The translations under genes were made by a program, and so were the position numbers. Shown piece by piece: positions 25,775 through 34,551 of a stretch of DNA of 64,000 nucleotides. Source of the stretch: an uncultured Gammaproteobacteria bacterium. GTDB lineage: Bacteria; Patescibacteriota; Microgenomatia; UBA1406; HO2-37-13b. The notes below the pieces were generated by a model. It did no database searches. It was not told the DNA's origin and saw only the letters and a program-made list of their open reading frames with translations. Position 1 is the first letter of the stretch. The number at the start of each line of letters is the position of its first letter. The stretch lies in contig CAYQYZ010000007.1 of assembly GCA_964422025.1 (NCBI GenBank), positions 458-64,457 on the forward strand. Reading direction: 5' to 3'.

Positions 25775-28700
25775 ATGTCACCTGAAACTGAAGGACGAAT
25801 TCCGGAAAATTTGATTCCCCCAGATAAAAAGGGAAACGCATTGTGGGAATGGCTGAAAAAGGTGCTGAAAAAAGCAGCTGAAAAGTTTGCCGATGCTAAT
25901 GCGGCTAAAGATGATCCGGATAAGAAAACTGGTAAAGATGTAGTGAAGAATTTAAGTAAAATTGCTGAAAAAGTTAAGGCTGAGCAAGCCGAAGCTGCTG
26001 CTCGTGGCGAAACTCCTGACGAAGATATACATGCAAAGTTCCCTCCACATTTACTTGATGTAATGGAGGCAATACAAAAAGGTGGATTGCTCGATAAGTA
26101 CGAAAAACAAATCATTGAGAAAGTTGCGAATGTTGCAAGTGGTGCTTTAGGAGTTGATAAAGCTATTATTCAGCTAGGAATGTTGATTGTTCGTGAAAGT
26201 AAGCTAGATAGAGCGATCGCAAGAAAAGTCTTGCCGAAAATTAGACAAGCCATTACCGAAGCGATGGGTAGGGTAAAGTTGAATCAAGGAGTAAGCGCTA
26301 CAGAAGAGGATGTTACGCAAGCAGAAAGTGTTACGAGTGAAATGGAAAATATCTTACAAACAGAAGCCCAGCAGCGTCCTCCTGATGAACAACAAAACGG
26401 ACGTGAAACAGATGATGGACTTGATTATTACACCAGTCAAGACCAGAAAAACTTAAAAACTCGTTTGAGCGCAGGTATGAACGAAGATGATATTAAATGG
26501 TTTGAAGCACTCAAAACTCCTGAAGCTTTCGCAGACCACTTTGACAAGCGTATAGAAGCTGTCAAAGCAAAAGCAAAAGCTGCTTCCGCTCCGATTAATG
26601 ATGTTGAGGCACAAAAAAAAGTTTCGCAAGAAGCTACGGAATTTGTTATGAATGCTCTTATGACTGTGTATTCCCCAATTCTTGACGAAGAACCAAGTCA
26701 ATTTTTCGATAAGCAAGCAATGGCAGCGGGAAATCAATATACAAATCCATACACTGCTGCAAAAACATTCTCCAAGATGCTTAATACTCTGCGTGAAAAA
26801 GCAAAGATCGCTGGAATGGCTACTACGACTGAAGGTAATAAGGTACGGGAAAAAAAGTACGCGCGACTTGCCAAAGAAAAACAAGTCGTTAAAAATGATA
26901 AATCAGGTCAGCTTGAAGAAGTTCTATTGGCTACTACTACGCTTGAAGCAGTTTCGGTAGGAGATTTTGCAGAATATTTGCGTGAGGCCTTTGATTCCGG
27001 AGAAGGAACCATTGAATTTGGACACAATTTCAAACTATTGACTGCCCAGGGACCCAAAGAAGAGCGGGGTGAACCTGGATCGTTTTTTAAATCAATTGCA
27101 GATTATGCGGGGCAAAAATTTACATCAGATGCTATTGATACGGCATTCCGGTTGCCTCACAACGACATTGTTCAGGCAGCAAAACAAAAGTTCCAATCAA
27201 GTTATGCACGAATGTTGCTTGATAATGGTTGGCAAAAAGATCCGCAAATTGCAGAAAAATTTCTTCAGTCGATGCCTGCTACTGAACGTAGAGTAAAAGA
27301 AGAATTACGAGAGCAATTTAAAGGTCAAGATGTTCCGGATTGGGCAATTGAATGGGCGTTTCAAATGGGTCGAACCATGTATTTTGGACTTGATTTTGGA
27401 TTCCATGAAATTATGTCGTATGCTGACCCAGATTTGAAATATGACGGAAACACAACATTTATTGGAATGGGTCATATGCGAGGATATTTTGACATGTGGG
27501 AATCGGCAAAGTTGCTAAATACGCAGCGAAAAGATTTGCATTTGGCAAAGGCAGTTTGGTTGCCCTATACAATGGAGCTTGGTGATAGAAAATACGATCA
27601 TGAAGAATGGACTAAAGAAGGTCAAAGCAAGTGGCGCGAATCGTTTACCATGGGAAAAATGAGCTTTGCAGGCTCATTCTTAGATGGTCATAAACTGTTT
27701 ATTGACATGGGAAACGTTACGGGCGCCGGAGGATGGGGAACGAACCAGGGCTGGCGTGTTCGTGAAGGATACAATTCCTGGCTAATGGATGAGTTTACGG
27801 GAAATACGTCAAACAGGCTCGAAATTGGAGCAGGTGATGAAGATAAATTTGTTAATTCATGGAAGCGGCTTGAAAACATTGGAATAACAATTAGTGAAAA
27901 TTTTATGCAGCAATATGTGTTTCCGACTGCACTGGGTGATAAGCCTAAATCGGATGCTTACATGGCGGCTGTTGGTAAATTAAGCGACTTCTTCTATGAC
28001 CGGTACTTTTCGGATGAGCGTGGGAATATGACAGACATAGGAAGAGAATTACTTAAAGATATTAAGCGTGTGGATAGTCATGGACATGCGTTAACAGACA
28101 AAGCAGCGCTTGCCTATCATATTAAGCATGTAATTAAAGAACATCCGGGCGAGCGAAAAGACGCCTTGTTTAAAATAATGCACAAGATCTCTACGGTTCA
28201 AACATTCGAGCAAATGCCCGCAATGTTCATGACTATGGAAAAACAGCGTACGACTGAATATGGAGTAACAATGCTTTCGGAAATGCAGGATCACTTTCTA
28301 GCGAAAGAAAGTGGAGATACTAAAAAAGCAAAAGAAAGAAGTGATCATGCACTGGGTGATCTTATTTATGCCCAGGAACAAATGCGTATCGATGTAAGTA
28401 AAGATATGGAAGCGAATTTAAAATCACCTCATAAGAATTTATATGGTAATTTGAAGGATCCATTAAGCAGTGTTCGTGGCGGCAAGGGTAACAAAATTGA
28501 TGAAGAATATATAGACCGGGTGCTAAAAAATCGATTTTCGGAATACGATGAAGCGGAGAGAAATAAAAGAGTTGCAGATGCAAAGCATGCATATAAATTT
28601 ATCAAGCAACGACTAACGGAGCGGGTAACCATGGACGATATTCGAAAAAATGCAGAACTGGTACGAGTAGAAAAAAAAGATGCCGCGCGATTCAAAGCCA

Positions 28701-29584
28701 TTGAAAAGAAAGTAGCCAATGGTGAAGTTAAAACCCGCGTTAACTGGTGGGCGAATGCACTCGATGAAAATATATTTGGACACGCCGTAACACAGCCAAG
28801 CGTAGCTATGAAGTTTATTAACACTGCCGCCACAGGCCCCGATACCGTTAAGCGTGATGCAATACAAGCGGCAGACACTGCAGAACTTATGCATACGGTT
28901 TCACAAAATTTATATAGCGCTGTTAAAAAAGCAGCATTTACTTCGCATGACAAAGGTGATCATGCAGGATTTGAAGAGCTTTCCGAATGGATACGATCAT
29001 ATAAAGGCAAGGTACAAGGAGAGTTGGGGAGTGAAGTTTCATATACAACTGTTTTCCGAACGGCACAATTGATTGATTTATTTTTCAAAAAAGATGATGA
29101 AGCGAATAAGTGGTGGAAATTAGGACCACAACGCTATTGGTCTGATGTTAGAAAAAGATCGGTTTCTGATTCGCTCATTGATGAAGGAGCTCCGGTATGG
29201 GCATGGGACAAAGATTTGGAACATGCATGGGCAGAACATTTGCATCATAAAGGACAATTAAAGAGAAAACCATCTACAGGAGAAAAGCATAAAGAAATTC
29301 CTAGAACAGATTGGGAATACAAGATTCTTAAGAGAATTCCTTTTATTAAAAATAAAATAAAAGATACGAAACTTATACATGATAATGTCAATACTATTTC
29401 CTATCATTCATTATTTGAGTGGAGTAATTCCGGATACAATCAATTAATTATATATCATTATTTTCCTACGCTTATTGGACTATTGATTGCGATAGGTGTT
29501 CTAGCTGCTAAAAAAGGAAGTGAAGATTTGGAGAGTGGTGGAGGCGGGGGCGGTGGTGGTGGTGGACATGGAGGTCATCACTAA
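25775..29584 (+). CDS. orphan 1269-aa protein, C-terminal TM anchor and (Gly)10-His-Gly-Gly-His-His tail
   Basis: Long uninterrupted ORF with a charged, coiled N-terminus. One TM helix (FPTLIGLLIAIGVLAA) sits near the C-terminus. No P-loop or other catalytic motif seen. Confidence 0.75.
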   Translation: MSPETEGRIPENLIPPDKKGNALWEWLKKVLKKAAEKFADANAAKDDPDKKTGKDVVKNLSKIAEKVKAEQAEAAARGETPDEDIHAKFPPHLLDVMEAIQKGGLLDKYEKQIIEKVANVASGALGVDKAIIQLGMLIVRESKLDRAIARKVLPKIRQAITEAMGRVKLNQGVSATEEDVTQAESVTSEMENILQTEAQQRPPDEQQNGRETDDGLDYYTSQDQKNLKTRLSAGMNEDDIKWFEALKTPEAFADHFDKRIEAVKAKAKAASAPINDVEAQKKVSQEATEFVMNALMTVYSPILDEEPSQFFDKQAMAAGNQYTNPYTAAKTFSKMLNTLREKAKIAGMATTTEGNKVREKKYARLAKEKQVVKNDKSGQLEEVLLATTTLEAVSVGDFAEYLREAFDSGEGTIEFGHNFKLLTAQGPKEERGEPGSFFKSIADYAGQKFTSDAIDTAFRLPHNDIVQAAKQKFQSSYARMLLDNGWQKDPQIAEKFLQSMPATERRVKEELREQFKGQDVPDWAIEWAFQMGRTMYFGLDFGFHEIMSYADPDLKYDGNTTFIGMGHMRGYFDMWESAKLLNTQRKDLHLAKAVWLPYTMELGDRKYDHEEWTKEGQSKWRESFTMGKMSFAGSFLDGHKLFIDMGNVTGAGGWGTNQGWRVREGYNSWLMDEFTGNTSNRLEIGAGDEDKFVNSWKRLENIGITISENFMQQYVFPTALGDKPKSDAYMAAVGKLSDFFYDRYFSDERGNMTDIGRELLKDIKRVDSHGHALTDKAALAYHIKHVIKEHPGERKDALFKIMHKISTVQTFEQMPAMFMTMEKQRTTEYGVTMLSEMQDHFLAKESGDTKKAKERSDHALGDLIYAQEQMRIDVSKDMEANLKSPHKNLYGNLKDPLSSVRGGKGNKIDEEYIDRVLKNRFSEYDEAERNKRVADAKHAYKFIKQRLTERVTMDDIRKNAELVRVEKKDAARFKAIEKKVANGEVKTRVNWWANALDENIFGHAVTQPSVAMKFINTAATGPDTVKRDAIQAADTAELMHTVSQNLYSAVKKAAFTSHDKGDHAGFEELSEWIRSYKGKVQGELGSEVSYTTVFRTAQLIDLFFKKDDEANKWWKLGPQRYWSDVRKRSVSDSLIDEGAPVWAWDKDLEHAWAEHLHHKGQLKRKPSTGEKHKEIPRTDWEYKILKRIPFIKNKIKDTKLIHDNVNTISYHSLFEWSNSGYNQLIIYHYFPTLIGLLIAIGVLAAKKGSEDLESGGGGGGGGGGHGGHH

Positions 29585-29623
29585 GTATTGGGAATTGCAA
29601 ATTTTTATGGTTATAATGAATCT

Positions 29624-30415
29624 ATGAGATTTATTAAAACGTTTATCTTTTTGAGCGTCATATTCCTTCAATATGGAGCACAGCTTAGTTATGCCGATAT
29701 TACACCCAATCCAACTACCTTACCGGCATTTTTAGTACGCGAATGTGGTTATTCTGAAGATCCAAATGCAAATAAGTGTTGCTCAAAACTTGATTTTGAA
29801 AAGACAGTTGCTGGACCTGCGAGGTTTGTATTTAGAGCTGCTCTGCCAGATCTTTTAGCAAATGCTGCAGTAGATGTAGTATCCAAAGCATACGAATATG
29901 ACCCAATTCACAAAAAAATGGAAGTGAGTTGTTATACAGGATTTGAGAAAAAAATTGATGTAAAAAATTCTACCACTGGGAAATTAGAAAAGGCATGTTT
30001 TTGTTCAGATGAAGCATATCAAAAAAAAGCTGTTACCTCGGTAGCTGCCCAGGGGTCTCAGATTATAAAAATTTGTAATAAATATATCGATAATAAGAAA
30101 GAATGGAATGCATGCCGAGCATGTGCTCAGAGGGAAGCATTTATGACTGGGCTAGGATGTATTCCGACAAATTTTTCAGAATTTGTTACAAATTTTTTGC
30201 TAAAGACTGGAATAGGGTTCGCAGGCTTGTTCTCATTAGGATGTATAATTTATTCTGCTATCATGATTCAGACATCTCAGGGTAATGCTGAAAAAATTAG
30301 TGCATCTCAAGATCAGATTAAGGCGTGTATATTCGGATTATTATTAGTGATGTTTTCCATCTTATTACTTCGAATAATAGGAGTAGACCTACTTGGATTA
30401 CCGAGCTTCGGGTAA
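29624..30415 (+). CDS. Cys-rich secreted domain fused to TrbC/VirB2-type pilin-like module
   Basis: Signal peptide, then about 12 Cys in the N-terminal ~150 aa. C-terminal two-helix pilin layout (GFAGLFSLGCIIYSAIMIQTSQGNAEKISASQDQIKACIFGLLLV). TATAAT lies 6 nt upstream of ATG 29624. Confidence 0.6.
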   Translation: MRFIKTFIFLSVIFLQYGAQLSYADITPNPTTLPAFLVRECGYSEDPNANKCCSKLDFEKTVAGPARFVFRAALPDLLANAAVDVVSKAYEYDPIHKKMEVSCYTGFEKKIDVKNSTTGKLEKACFCSDEAYQKKAVTSVAAQGSQIIKICNKYIDNKKEWNACRACAQREAFMTGLGCIPTNFSEFVTNFLLKTGIGFAGLFSLGCIIYSAIMIQTSQGNAEKISASQDQIKACIFGLLLVMFSILLLRIIGVDLLGLPSFG

Positions 30416-30509
30416 GTGAAAAGATTTAGTAATTAAGGGATAATTTGGGGGTACTAATAACTTACCGAAATCTATTCAATGTGATATTTTGATCAATAGC
30501 TTTTTATTT

Positions 30510-32213
30510 TTATAAATTCGTCATTCTCTCTTGATCACTTCCACCATGACTTCCGCCTCCGTGTCCGCCACCTTTCATCTTCCCAGTTATCCATCCTTTA
30601 ATTCGATCAAGGCCAGGCAACTCTCCTTGGCCACCAGCCAATCTCGAAAGAGTATGGACTTGTGAAGCAGCACCCATAGCGGATCCGGCGAGTATACCAG
30701 CTCCACCTAAGAGTAAGCCTGCACCGCCTTTAACGGCAGGTTCACCCGCGATTCTTTTTACCATATCTTTTACAATATTCGGAATTGCGAATAACATCGC
30801 GCCCGATATGACCATCGCCATAACATCTGTGTCAAAATCATACAAAAGAGGCATAGAAAAAGCATCTTGCCCGCCGTTGAAGCCTATTCCTTGTATTACC
30901 TGAATGACCAAAATGAGGGTGATAACTGCAGGAAAAACCAAAAGATTCCCAATAAGTTTTTTAACCCATGAGCTAAAGCCATCCTGGCCGGGTACTGCGA
31001 CAAGTATTAAAAAAACAGGAGCAAACATAACGTTGATTATGATTTGGATATATGCGCCAATTAGTAAAAAAACTATTCGAAAATACAAAAATAACACGCC
31101 TACAATTGCAACTATTAAGAGTAATGAGTAGACTGCAAAAGTTGCCGTGCCAAGGCCAAGCATGAGGCTCATAAATGCTCCAATAAAACTACCTGCATCA
31201 ATAATGCCGTTTGCACTGCCTAAAACTCCGACACTAGCTTGAAAATGACCAAAAATTGCTTTCGCCGCAGTTACATTGTTGTTTGCTAAACGGAGCCCAA
31301 TGAAGGTTGTTGCGAACGTCAAAATTGCTCCTATGGAGACTTGTAACCACGGTGGAATCAGGGTGATCACATTGATTAACGCTTTGTAGTACAGTTGACC
31401 AGTAAATGCCGTAAATTGACCTGAACCACCGAAGCTCAATATGTTTGATGTTAAGTATTGGTCTTGGAGTTGTTGGGGATCCATATTCGGCAAGCCCGAT
31501 GAATGAAAGATTTGAAATATAAGCAAAATTATAACGTATGTTAAATCTATTAAAAGACCAGCCATTGCATATGAAAACGTAATGGCGAGAAGCGCTACTA
31601 CAATACGAGGAAGTGCATTTTGCACAGAAATAATCGTATGGGAATCAATTTTATATTGAAACATAATCATGAAGCCCGTTGCTATAATAATGAGCACTAA
31701 GACCATATAGGTCATATTTCGAAATGCTTTCCAAACACCAAGAAATGGGCGTAGGCTTGCAAAACCAACTCCTTCAGCAGCATTCGCTTGAGTTATGAAG
31801 CCTGCATCTTGAATGGATTGGTGAATATACGCAATACCCGACGCGGGGGGGTTCATGATTGGTGCAACCATTATTCTTGAAGCATGCCCAAAAAAACTTT
31901 TTGGGAAATTTTTTATTTGGTCTTCTGAATTATTTGAACAAAGCGAACCAATAAGACTGCAAAATATTCTTTTTTGAACAATTGCGATCTGTTTACCTAC
32001 TTGTGTTTGATATTGGGGTTGTTGAAATGTTTTGGTCAGTTTTTGTTCTTGTAGTTGTGAAATCTGAGAACCCGAAAGAATATTTTGTTCTGTTTGTGGA
32101 AATCCCCATTTCATGAAAAGACCAAAAGTTATGAATAAAACTGTAGTAATAATAGTTAGTCGTACGAAGTATTTAGAATACTGAGCTAAGAGGGCGCGAA
32201 AATAAATCCACAT
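30510..32213 (-). CDS. polytopic membrane protein, possibly TrbL/VirB6-like, Gly/His-rich C-terminus
   Basis: About 10 TM helices and the C-terminal tail KGGGHGGGSHGG. Start set at Met14, since the track's TTG is a -35 box. The family call is tentative. Confidence 0.6.
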   Translation of the reverse strand: MWIYFRALLAQYSKYFVRLTIITTVLFITFGLFMKWGFPQTEQNILSGSQISQLQEQKLTKTFQQPQYQTQVGKQIAIVQKRIFCSLIGSLCSNNSEDQIKNFPKSFFGHASRIMVAPIMNPPASGIAYIHQSIQDAGFITQANAAEGVGFASLRPFLGVWKAFRNMTYMVLVLIIIATGFMIMFQYKIDSHTIISVQNALPRIVVALLAITFSYAMAGLLIDLTYVIILLIFQIFHSSGLPNMDPQQLQDQYLTSNILSFGGSGQFTAFTGQLYYKALINVITLIPPWLQVSIGAILTFATTFIGLRLANNNVTAAKAIFGHFQASVGVLGSANGIIDAGSFIGAFMSLMLGLGTATFAVYSLLLIVAIVGVLFLYFRIVFLLIGAYIQIIINVMFAPVFLILVAVPGQDGFSSWVKKLIGNLLVFPAVITLILVIQVIQGIGFNGGQDAFSMPLLYDFDTDVMAMVISGAMLFAIPNIVKDMVKRIAGEPAVKGGAGLLLGGAGILAGSAMGAASQVHTLSRLAGGQGELPGLDRIKGWITGKMKGGGHGGGSHGGSDQERMTNL

Positions 32214-32222
32214 GGTAGGTTC

Positions 32223-32252
32223 ATTGTAGAACAATCGTGAAGATGGTGTCAA
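32223..32252 (-). promoter_or_regulatory. promoter TTGACA-N18-TACAAT, 9 nt before ATG 32213
   Basis: Read directly from the minus strand. Confidence 0.5.
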
Positions 32253-32257
32253 ATGTA

Positions 32258-32791
32258 TTATTTTTCAAAACCTTCATCAGGTTCAGGGAGATCTTTGACG
32301 GTAAAACTATATGTGAATGGAGTGGAAAGTCTTTTACCACTGAGCGATTCGGATTCAGCATAAACAGTAATAGTATTAACTCCAAAGGTCCAAATATTTT
32401 TAGGGGTAATAATAATACTGTTGCCATCGGAGTGAATTAAAGTAGGTACGGAAGGATCGACTTTATAATAAAATGCACGTTCTTTGATAGGTTCTGAAAA
32501 TGTTATAGATACTTGTAATGCTGGTGATTGGTCAATGGAACCATCTTGGGGGTTGATAGATACTAATTGAATGGCGTTGTCAGTCGGCTCGGTTACTATA
32601 TCTTCGTTAGAAGAATTTGAACTTGTTGGAATAAGCAACTCTGCACTCGTGGGCGCTGGTTGCGTGTCTTGTGTCACTTTCTCTTTTGTTGTAAAAGCAG
32701 ATATAACGATAAGAACAAAAAATATGAAGCCGATAAATGCAACAATTCCAATAATTAGTAATTTTTTTCTATCAATCATTATGGAAAGCAA
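32258..32791 (-). CDS. membrane-anchored protein with Ig-like (SbsA/Big-type) beta domain
   Basis: N-terminal TM helix. The C-terminal ~100 aa resemble bacterial Ig-like folds (VSINPQDGS...ITFSEPI). Assigned by eye. Confidence 0.5.
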   Translation of the reverse strand: MLSIMIDRKKLLIIGIVAFIGFIFFVLIVISAFTTKEKVTQDTQPAPTSAELLIPTSSNSSNEDIVTEPTDNAIQLVSINPQDGSIDQSPALQVSITFSEPIKERAFYYKVDPSVPTLIHSDGNSIIITPKNIWTFGVNTITVYAESESLSGKRLSTPFTYSFTVKDLPEPDEGFEK

Positions 32792-33516
32792 TAATAACTA
32801 GTGGCCGACTTCCAGCCACCCTGATTAATTTGTATATGTACATGGTCGCACCCTTGTTGTTGACAAACCCGTGCTCCTACTTGTCCTGATTGAGCTTCTT
32901 TGCCGATTCCAATTCCAGATCCAAGCTGTGTGTGGTGTAAAGTAACTATATATGCCTTTCTATTCACATTAGCTTGATATTTTTGAATTCCGTTCCTTGT
33001 TGCAGCATAATGATACCAAATTACGTTTTGCCCCTCAATAGGAGGAAGTAAGATTGGCTGGCCTGGTTTCATGCTTATGTCAATGGCATATGCTGTTCCC
33101 CATATTTCAGCTCTGTTTTCACGATCGCAACTGTTTACTTGTTCGAACGTATTATAATTGAGCCCGCAGTGACCACAATTCGCTCGTGGGGTAGAACGAG
33201 AGCCGCATAAGTAAGCTCCTCCTCGCGGCGCACAGGCGCCTGGAACTGGTGGCATAGCAGTTGGCATTATTTCAGGAGTCGGATATGGTGGGGTGGGTTG
33301 AAGTGGATAAGGAGTCGGTTGATTGGGGTCGGGAACTCCTTGAGTGCAACTAATTCTAAAAAGTGCACATAAAAGATTCGGAAGGATATTTAAATCCTTT
33401 TCTTCAATTTTAGTGAAAGGATCGGCATAGGCGGGAGTGGTAAGACGAGAAATAACCACAAATAAAATTAAGAAACTAGAAAATAGTATAAATATCGAAG
33501 ATATATTTTTTCTCAT
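32779..33516 (-). CDS. secreted LytM/M23-like protein (partly degenerate motifs)
   Basis: Signal/TM segment, a Pro-rich linker, an AIDIS...GQPILLPPIEGQNV block and a C-terminal DHVHIQI (HxH). Start at Met10 gives an ATGA overlap with the upstream stop. Confidence 0.45.
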   Translation of the reverse strand: MRKNISSIFILFSSFLILFVVISRLTTPAYADPFTKIEEKDLNILPNLLCALFRISCTQGVPDPNQPTPYPLQPTPPYPTPEIMPTAMPPVPGACAPRGGAYLCGSRSTPRANCGHCGLNYNTFEQVNSCDRENRAEIWGTAYAIDISMKPGQPILLPPIEGQNVIWYHYAATRNGIQKYQANVNRKAYIVTLHHTQLGSGIGIGKEAQSGQVGARVCQQQGCDHVHIQINQGGWKSATSYYCFP

Positions 33517-34244
33517 TCTGTCACGCCTGCCTTTTTTGCCCAATAAGCGCCTGAACGGAATAAGCTTTCAAAAGTGCCGGCGTCGGACCAAAACCCATCA
33601 ATTTCTGCCCATTTCATTTCACCCCGTTCAATGTATTGGTTCTGAAGATCGGGAACTTCCAGCTCGCCTCGATCGGATGGCTTAATAGTGCGAATAAAAT
33701 CGAAGCAGCGATTGTCGAAAATATATAATCCAGTACTTGCGTAATTGGACTTTGGATTGGCGGGTTTTTCTTCAACTTTGATGATCTTTTTAGGGTCAGT
33801 AGGGTCAAAAACGGGCACTCCAAATCGTTGTGGATCAGAAACTTCTTTCAAAAACATCATAGCCCCTGACTCGAAATTCTTAACCGCACCTGAAATATCA
33901 GCATCGGTAGTGTTGTCTCCTAGAATGACTGTGATAGGCTCATTATTGGCAAAATCTTCAGCATACATAATGGCGTCACAAATTCCACCTTTTGGATTAC
34001 CTTGAAATGCGTATTCTAAGTGGGTAATTCCCAGTTCTTTTCCGTTTTCAAGAACGCGAATAAAGTGACCAGCGTAGGGGCCAGAGGTGAGAATTAAAAT
34101 CTCGGTTATCCCGGCGTTTACCAAGGTCTGAATCGGGTAGAAAATCATGGGTTTGTCGTAAATAGGAAGCAAATGCTTATTAGTAGCATGAGTTAGAGGA
34201 TAGAGTCGTGTTGCAAGTCCGCCAGCAAGTATTACGCCTTTCAT
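33513..34244 (-). CDS. sugar-phosphate nucleotidyltransferase (glucose-1-phosphate thymidylyl/uridylyltransferase-like)
   Basis: MKGVILAGGLATRLYPLTHATNKHLLPIYDKPMI N-terminus. Confidence 0.85.
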   Translation of the reverse strand: MKGVILAGGLATRLYPLTHATNKHLLPIYDKPMIFYPIQTLVNAGITEILILTSGPYAGHFIRVLENGKELGITHLEYAFQGNPKGGICDAIMYAEDFANNEPITVILGDNTTDADISGAVKNFESGAMMFLKEVSDPQRFGVPVFDPTDPKKIIKVEEKPANPKSNYASTGLYIFDNRCFDFIRTIKPSDRGELEVPDLQNQYIERGEMKWAEIDGFWSDAGTFESLFRSGAYWAKKAGVTE

Positions 34245-34256
34245 ATGTTGATTATA

Positions 34257-34511
34257 CTACTTTAATAACACTGTTTTCAATAAAAATAGCGCGGTTGCGC
34301 TGAGTAAAATATACTCCAACACCACCGATAAACGCAAGCTGTTGTCGATAATGTGGTGCAAAATTCCCCAGATAACGTAAATGGCTACAAAAAGGGAAAC
34401 GATATAGAATTGGACTTGATTGTTTCCACGAGAATAATACAGGGCAACGAGGAGGAGTGCTGCTATGCTTCCTAATACCAAATACCAGGCGTGATGTTTT
34501 TGTTTTTTCAT
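34257..34511 (-). CDS. small membrane protein (3 TM)
   Basis: 84-aa hydrophobic ORF within a minus-strand operon. Confidence 0.45.
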   Translation of the reverse strand: MKKQKHHAWYLVLGSIAALLLVALYYSRGNNQVQFYIVSLFVAIYVIWGILHHIIDNSLRLSVVLEYILLSATALFLLKTVLLK

Positions 34512-34521
34512 AGTTACTGAG

Positions 34522-34542
34522 ATCCTTCGCTTTGCTCAGGAT
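34522..34542 (-). other. intercistronic stem-loop within motif GATCC...TCAGGATGACA
   Basis: ATCCT/AGGAT stem. Shares the flanks GATCC and TCAGGATGACA with 39692..39729. Confidence 0.4.
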
Positions 34543-34551
34543 GACAGGTAC

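Noticed and set aside
25501-25785. Plus-strand ORF of 94 aa (TTG start) upstream of the giant gene.
   Set aside because: It begins within the hairpin array and has no promoter or RBS context. Its composition looks like translated intergenic sequence. The region is more likely the 5' leader of the 1269-aa gene.
29537-29566. A run of ten Gly codons, (GGN)10 including (GGT)4, as a possible slipped-strand phase-variation tract.
   Set aside because: The codons are mixed (GGT, GGA, GGC, GGG) and any slippage of the GGT repeat would be in-frame. It could alter tail length but would not switch the gene on or off.
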